From positions 10,907,803-10,971,802 of the forward strand of contig NC_069000.1 in the NCBI RefSeq assembly GCF_001194135.2: a stretch of 64,000 bases of DNA, written 5' to 3'. Below are positions 61,545-64,000 of the stretch, in pieces. The notes below the pieces were generated by a model. That model did not search any database and had not been told where the DNA came from. It saw only the letters and a program-made list of their open reading frames with translations. Within the stretch, counting starts at the first letter, position 1. The number at the start of each line of letters is the position of its first letter. Origin of the DNA: Octopus bimaculoides. Lineage: Eukaryota. The translations under genes were made by a program, and so were the position numbers.

Positions 61545-61808
61545 TTTGAGTGCCATGCAGCAGGTTTGGCCCCAGGTGCACATGGTTGGGAAGCAAGCTT
61601 CTTAACCACACAGCCATTCTGTGTTAGTGTGTGTGAGAGAGAGGGGGGGAGAGTGAGTGCATGCACTTTTGTGCTTGTGTCGCTACTTGACAACTGGTGT
61701 CGATTTATAAACGCACCCATCACCTAGCAGTTCAGCAAAAGGTGATTGACATAACAAGGACCTGACTTAAAAATAAGTACAATGAATAAAACAAGTAAAA
61801 GAATAAAA
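61545..61808. mobile_element. SINE family A head (minus) next to a family A tail (plus)
   Basis: 61545-61620 is the reverse complement of the head; 61665-61808 is forward body and tail. Confidence 0.55.
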
Positions 61809-62191
61809 ATAAGAAAAAAAATACAGATTTGAAATAATGTCTAAGTAGATATTATTCTGTGTTTATGCAGCGTAGACAAAAATTATTGGCTGTGATAGTA
61901 TTTGTATAAATCGACATGCACCAAGTGCCTTAGATGCATCTGTATTGATAAAAAAAAAAAATACAACTGATAACATTTGTATTTTTTCATATACATGTAT
62001 GTGCATGAAAAAGTAATTGAGTAATTAGGGCCATGACTGTGATTTTCAGCCGAGTGATATCGTAGCCATGGCCGATGCCAGTGTCATGTACTGGCACCTA
62101 TATTAATGGCACGTAATAAGCACCCTTTGAACTCCGGGCCTCACGGAGGCAGTGACAGGTGACTGAGATTTTTGGCAATATACCATGCTCA

Positions 62192-62571
62192 AAGGCGGTG
62201 AGCTGGCAGAAACGTTAGCATGCTGGGTGAAACGCTTAGCGGTATTTCGTCTGCCGTTACGTTCTGAGTTCAAGTTCCGCCGAGGTCGACTTTGCCTTTC
62301 ATCCTTTTGGGGTCGATAAATTAAATACCAGTTATGCACAGGGGTCGATGTAATTGACTTAATTCCTTTGTCTGTCCTTGTTTGTCCCCTCTATGTTTAG
62401 CCCCTTGTGGGCAATAAAGAAATAAGAAATGTTAGCAGTATTACATCTGTCTTTATGTTCTGAGTTCAAATTCCACTGAGGTCAACTTTGCCTTTCATCC
62501 TTTTGGGGTCGATAAATTAAATACCAGTTGCATAATCGACTGGCTCCTTCCCCCAAAATTTCAGGCCCTGT
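62192..62571 (+). mobile_element. Full-length SINE B1 (62192-62430) followed by a truncated B2 copy
   Basis: Low-divergence head, core, and tail ttaattcctttgtctgtccttg...gggcaataaagaaataag. Confidence 0.85.
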
Positions 62572-62584
62572 GAATCAGACTCCT

Positions 62585-62880
62585 GGTCATTGCCAGGACC
62601 ATGTTTATGACACCCACGAATCGTTGTCATGGTCATTGCTGTTACCATGTAAATGGTACCCGTGAATCATAGTTGTGGTCATTGCCAGTGCTATGTAAAT
62701 GGGACCCATGCTAGTGATACATAAAAGCACCTGTTACACTGTTGGAGTTTTTGGCATTAGGAAGGGCATCCAGCCATAGAAACCATGCCAACTCAGACTG
62801 GAGCCCTCCAGATTACCAGTTTCAGTCAAACCGTCTAACCCATGGCAACATGGAAAACAAGCGTTTGATGATGATGATGT
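62585..62880 (+). mobile_element. Diverged family C element with a 46-bp tandem 5' array
   Basis: ggtcattgc units start at 62585, 62631 and 62677. They are followed by ggcattaggaagggcatccagc...catggaaaac...(GAT)n. Confidence 0.75.
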
Positions 62881-63547
62881 AGTGTAAATATTCAAACATC
62901 ATCACTATCTTTACAAAATCCTGCTGCATTTTTACATGAAATTCTAGGTCCTCCAAAATTGACCCACCATTTTTGGCTGTAAATATTATCTGAAAAATTC
63001 AACTCACATACCAAAAATGCAGTACATTAGCAGAAATAGCAGATATTAGCTCCTTTATCTTAAGGCCAGTGTTGGATGGTATGTTTTTGTGGGATTTTTT
63101 CTTTAAATAGAGGTATTTCTTTGTACCATTCCTACATCCAGTGTTAACTGTAGTGCCTTTTCTTTATTCTTGTTCCCTTGTTCAATATGTGTTACCTCTT
63201 TCCAAACACATCAGATCAGAGCTAATGTCTATCTGCCATGATAAGCAGAAATCATTATTGATAAAATCACCACTACCATCACCAAATCTTGTAAAGTCAC
63301 TTGACAGATAACAAGCATTCTTGTGACATCACACATCACATGACTAGTGATTTATTTCATCATTCCTGTATCGAATGGTGTTTCACATTCATTAACATTT
63401 CCTAGTATCAACACTGATACATACATGAAATCATGGAATGGGTTTTATCACATAATTAAATACATACATATAACTGACTCTACATTATTTTACCATGAAA
63501 GCAAATTCCGCCAAGATCAATCTTGCCTTTCATCCTTTCGGGGTCAA

Positions 63548-63960
63548 TTTGTCCCCCAAGGCCACACTGTTAATCATGAATTCTACTGCGATATTTTGAA
63601 ACATTTGAGGGTGGACATTTAGCGAAAGTGACTGGATTTGTAGAGTGCGACGAAGTGGATTCTTTACTAAGCTATCCTCGCTCATAAGTTTCTTGCCAAA
63701 AAAACAACATGGTATCACTTCTTCACCCACCATATTCACTAGATTTAACACCTGCAGACCTCCATCTCTTCCCCCCCCCCCCCCGAGATGAAAATGCAGC
63801 TCAAAGGTCGCTGCTTTAACGCCATTGCTGAGATCCAGAGTGAATCACAGAAGGTCCTTGACCCACTTACGGAAAACGACTTCCAGGCCAGATTCCAAAA
63901 GTGGCAGGAACACCGGGACTGGTGTATTGTTGCACAACTCGACTATTTTGAAGGAGATGA
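63548..63960 (+). mobile_element. Decayed Tc1/mariner transposase, C-terminal part
   Basis: Translates as FVPQGHTVNHEFYCDILKHLR..., then LHPPYSLDLTPADLHLF (mariner HPPYSPDLAPxD motif), then MKMQLKGRCF...FQKWQEHRDWCIVAQLDYFEGD. It has stops and a poly-C frameshift at 63772-63784. The terminal repeat probably lies beyond the window. Confidence 0.9.
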
Positions 63961-64000
63961 TGTTAAAACGTTGGTGAATAAGCTATTTTTTATTAAATAA

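Noticed and set aside
1-64000. CRISPR arrays, rRNA genes, prokaryotic operons or defence systems
   Set aside because: None were seen; the window is animal nuclear DNA.

Overview
This is a eukaryotic, AT-rich, microsatellite- and SINE-dense scaffold segment with 15 N-gaps. The repeat families look like those of a coleoid cephalopod, most likely an Octopus draft assembly; this is inference from remembered repeat sequences, not a search. There is one confident protein-coding feature: an uninterrupted 1919-codon ORF (50963-56722, +) encoding an AF4/FMR2-family (AFF1-4 / Drosophila lilliputian) Super Elongation Complex scaffold. Its coding sequence has no introns. It appears to carry two copies of the ELL-binding motif and two copies of the AF9/ENL-binding motif. 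The rest of the window is non-coding: at least four SINE-like families (some nested, chimeric or inverted), decayed RTE-LINE and mariner fragments, and simple repeats. Other signals worth follow-up are a CpG-rich ~117-nt rod-like hairpin at 14.35 kb (pre-miRNA-like), a three-part CpG landscape (depleted / rich about 23-40 kb / depleted), an ETS+CCAAT promoter candidate at 37.2 kb, and inverted SINEs bracketing the AFF exon. All other ORFs in the track are gap-, microsatellite-, SINE- or antisense-derived. Repeat boundaries were read by eye and are approximate.
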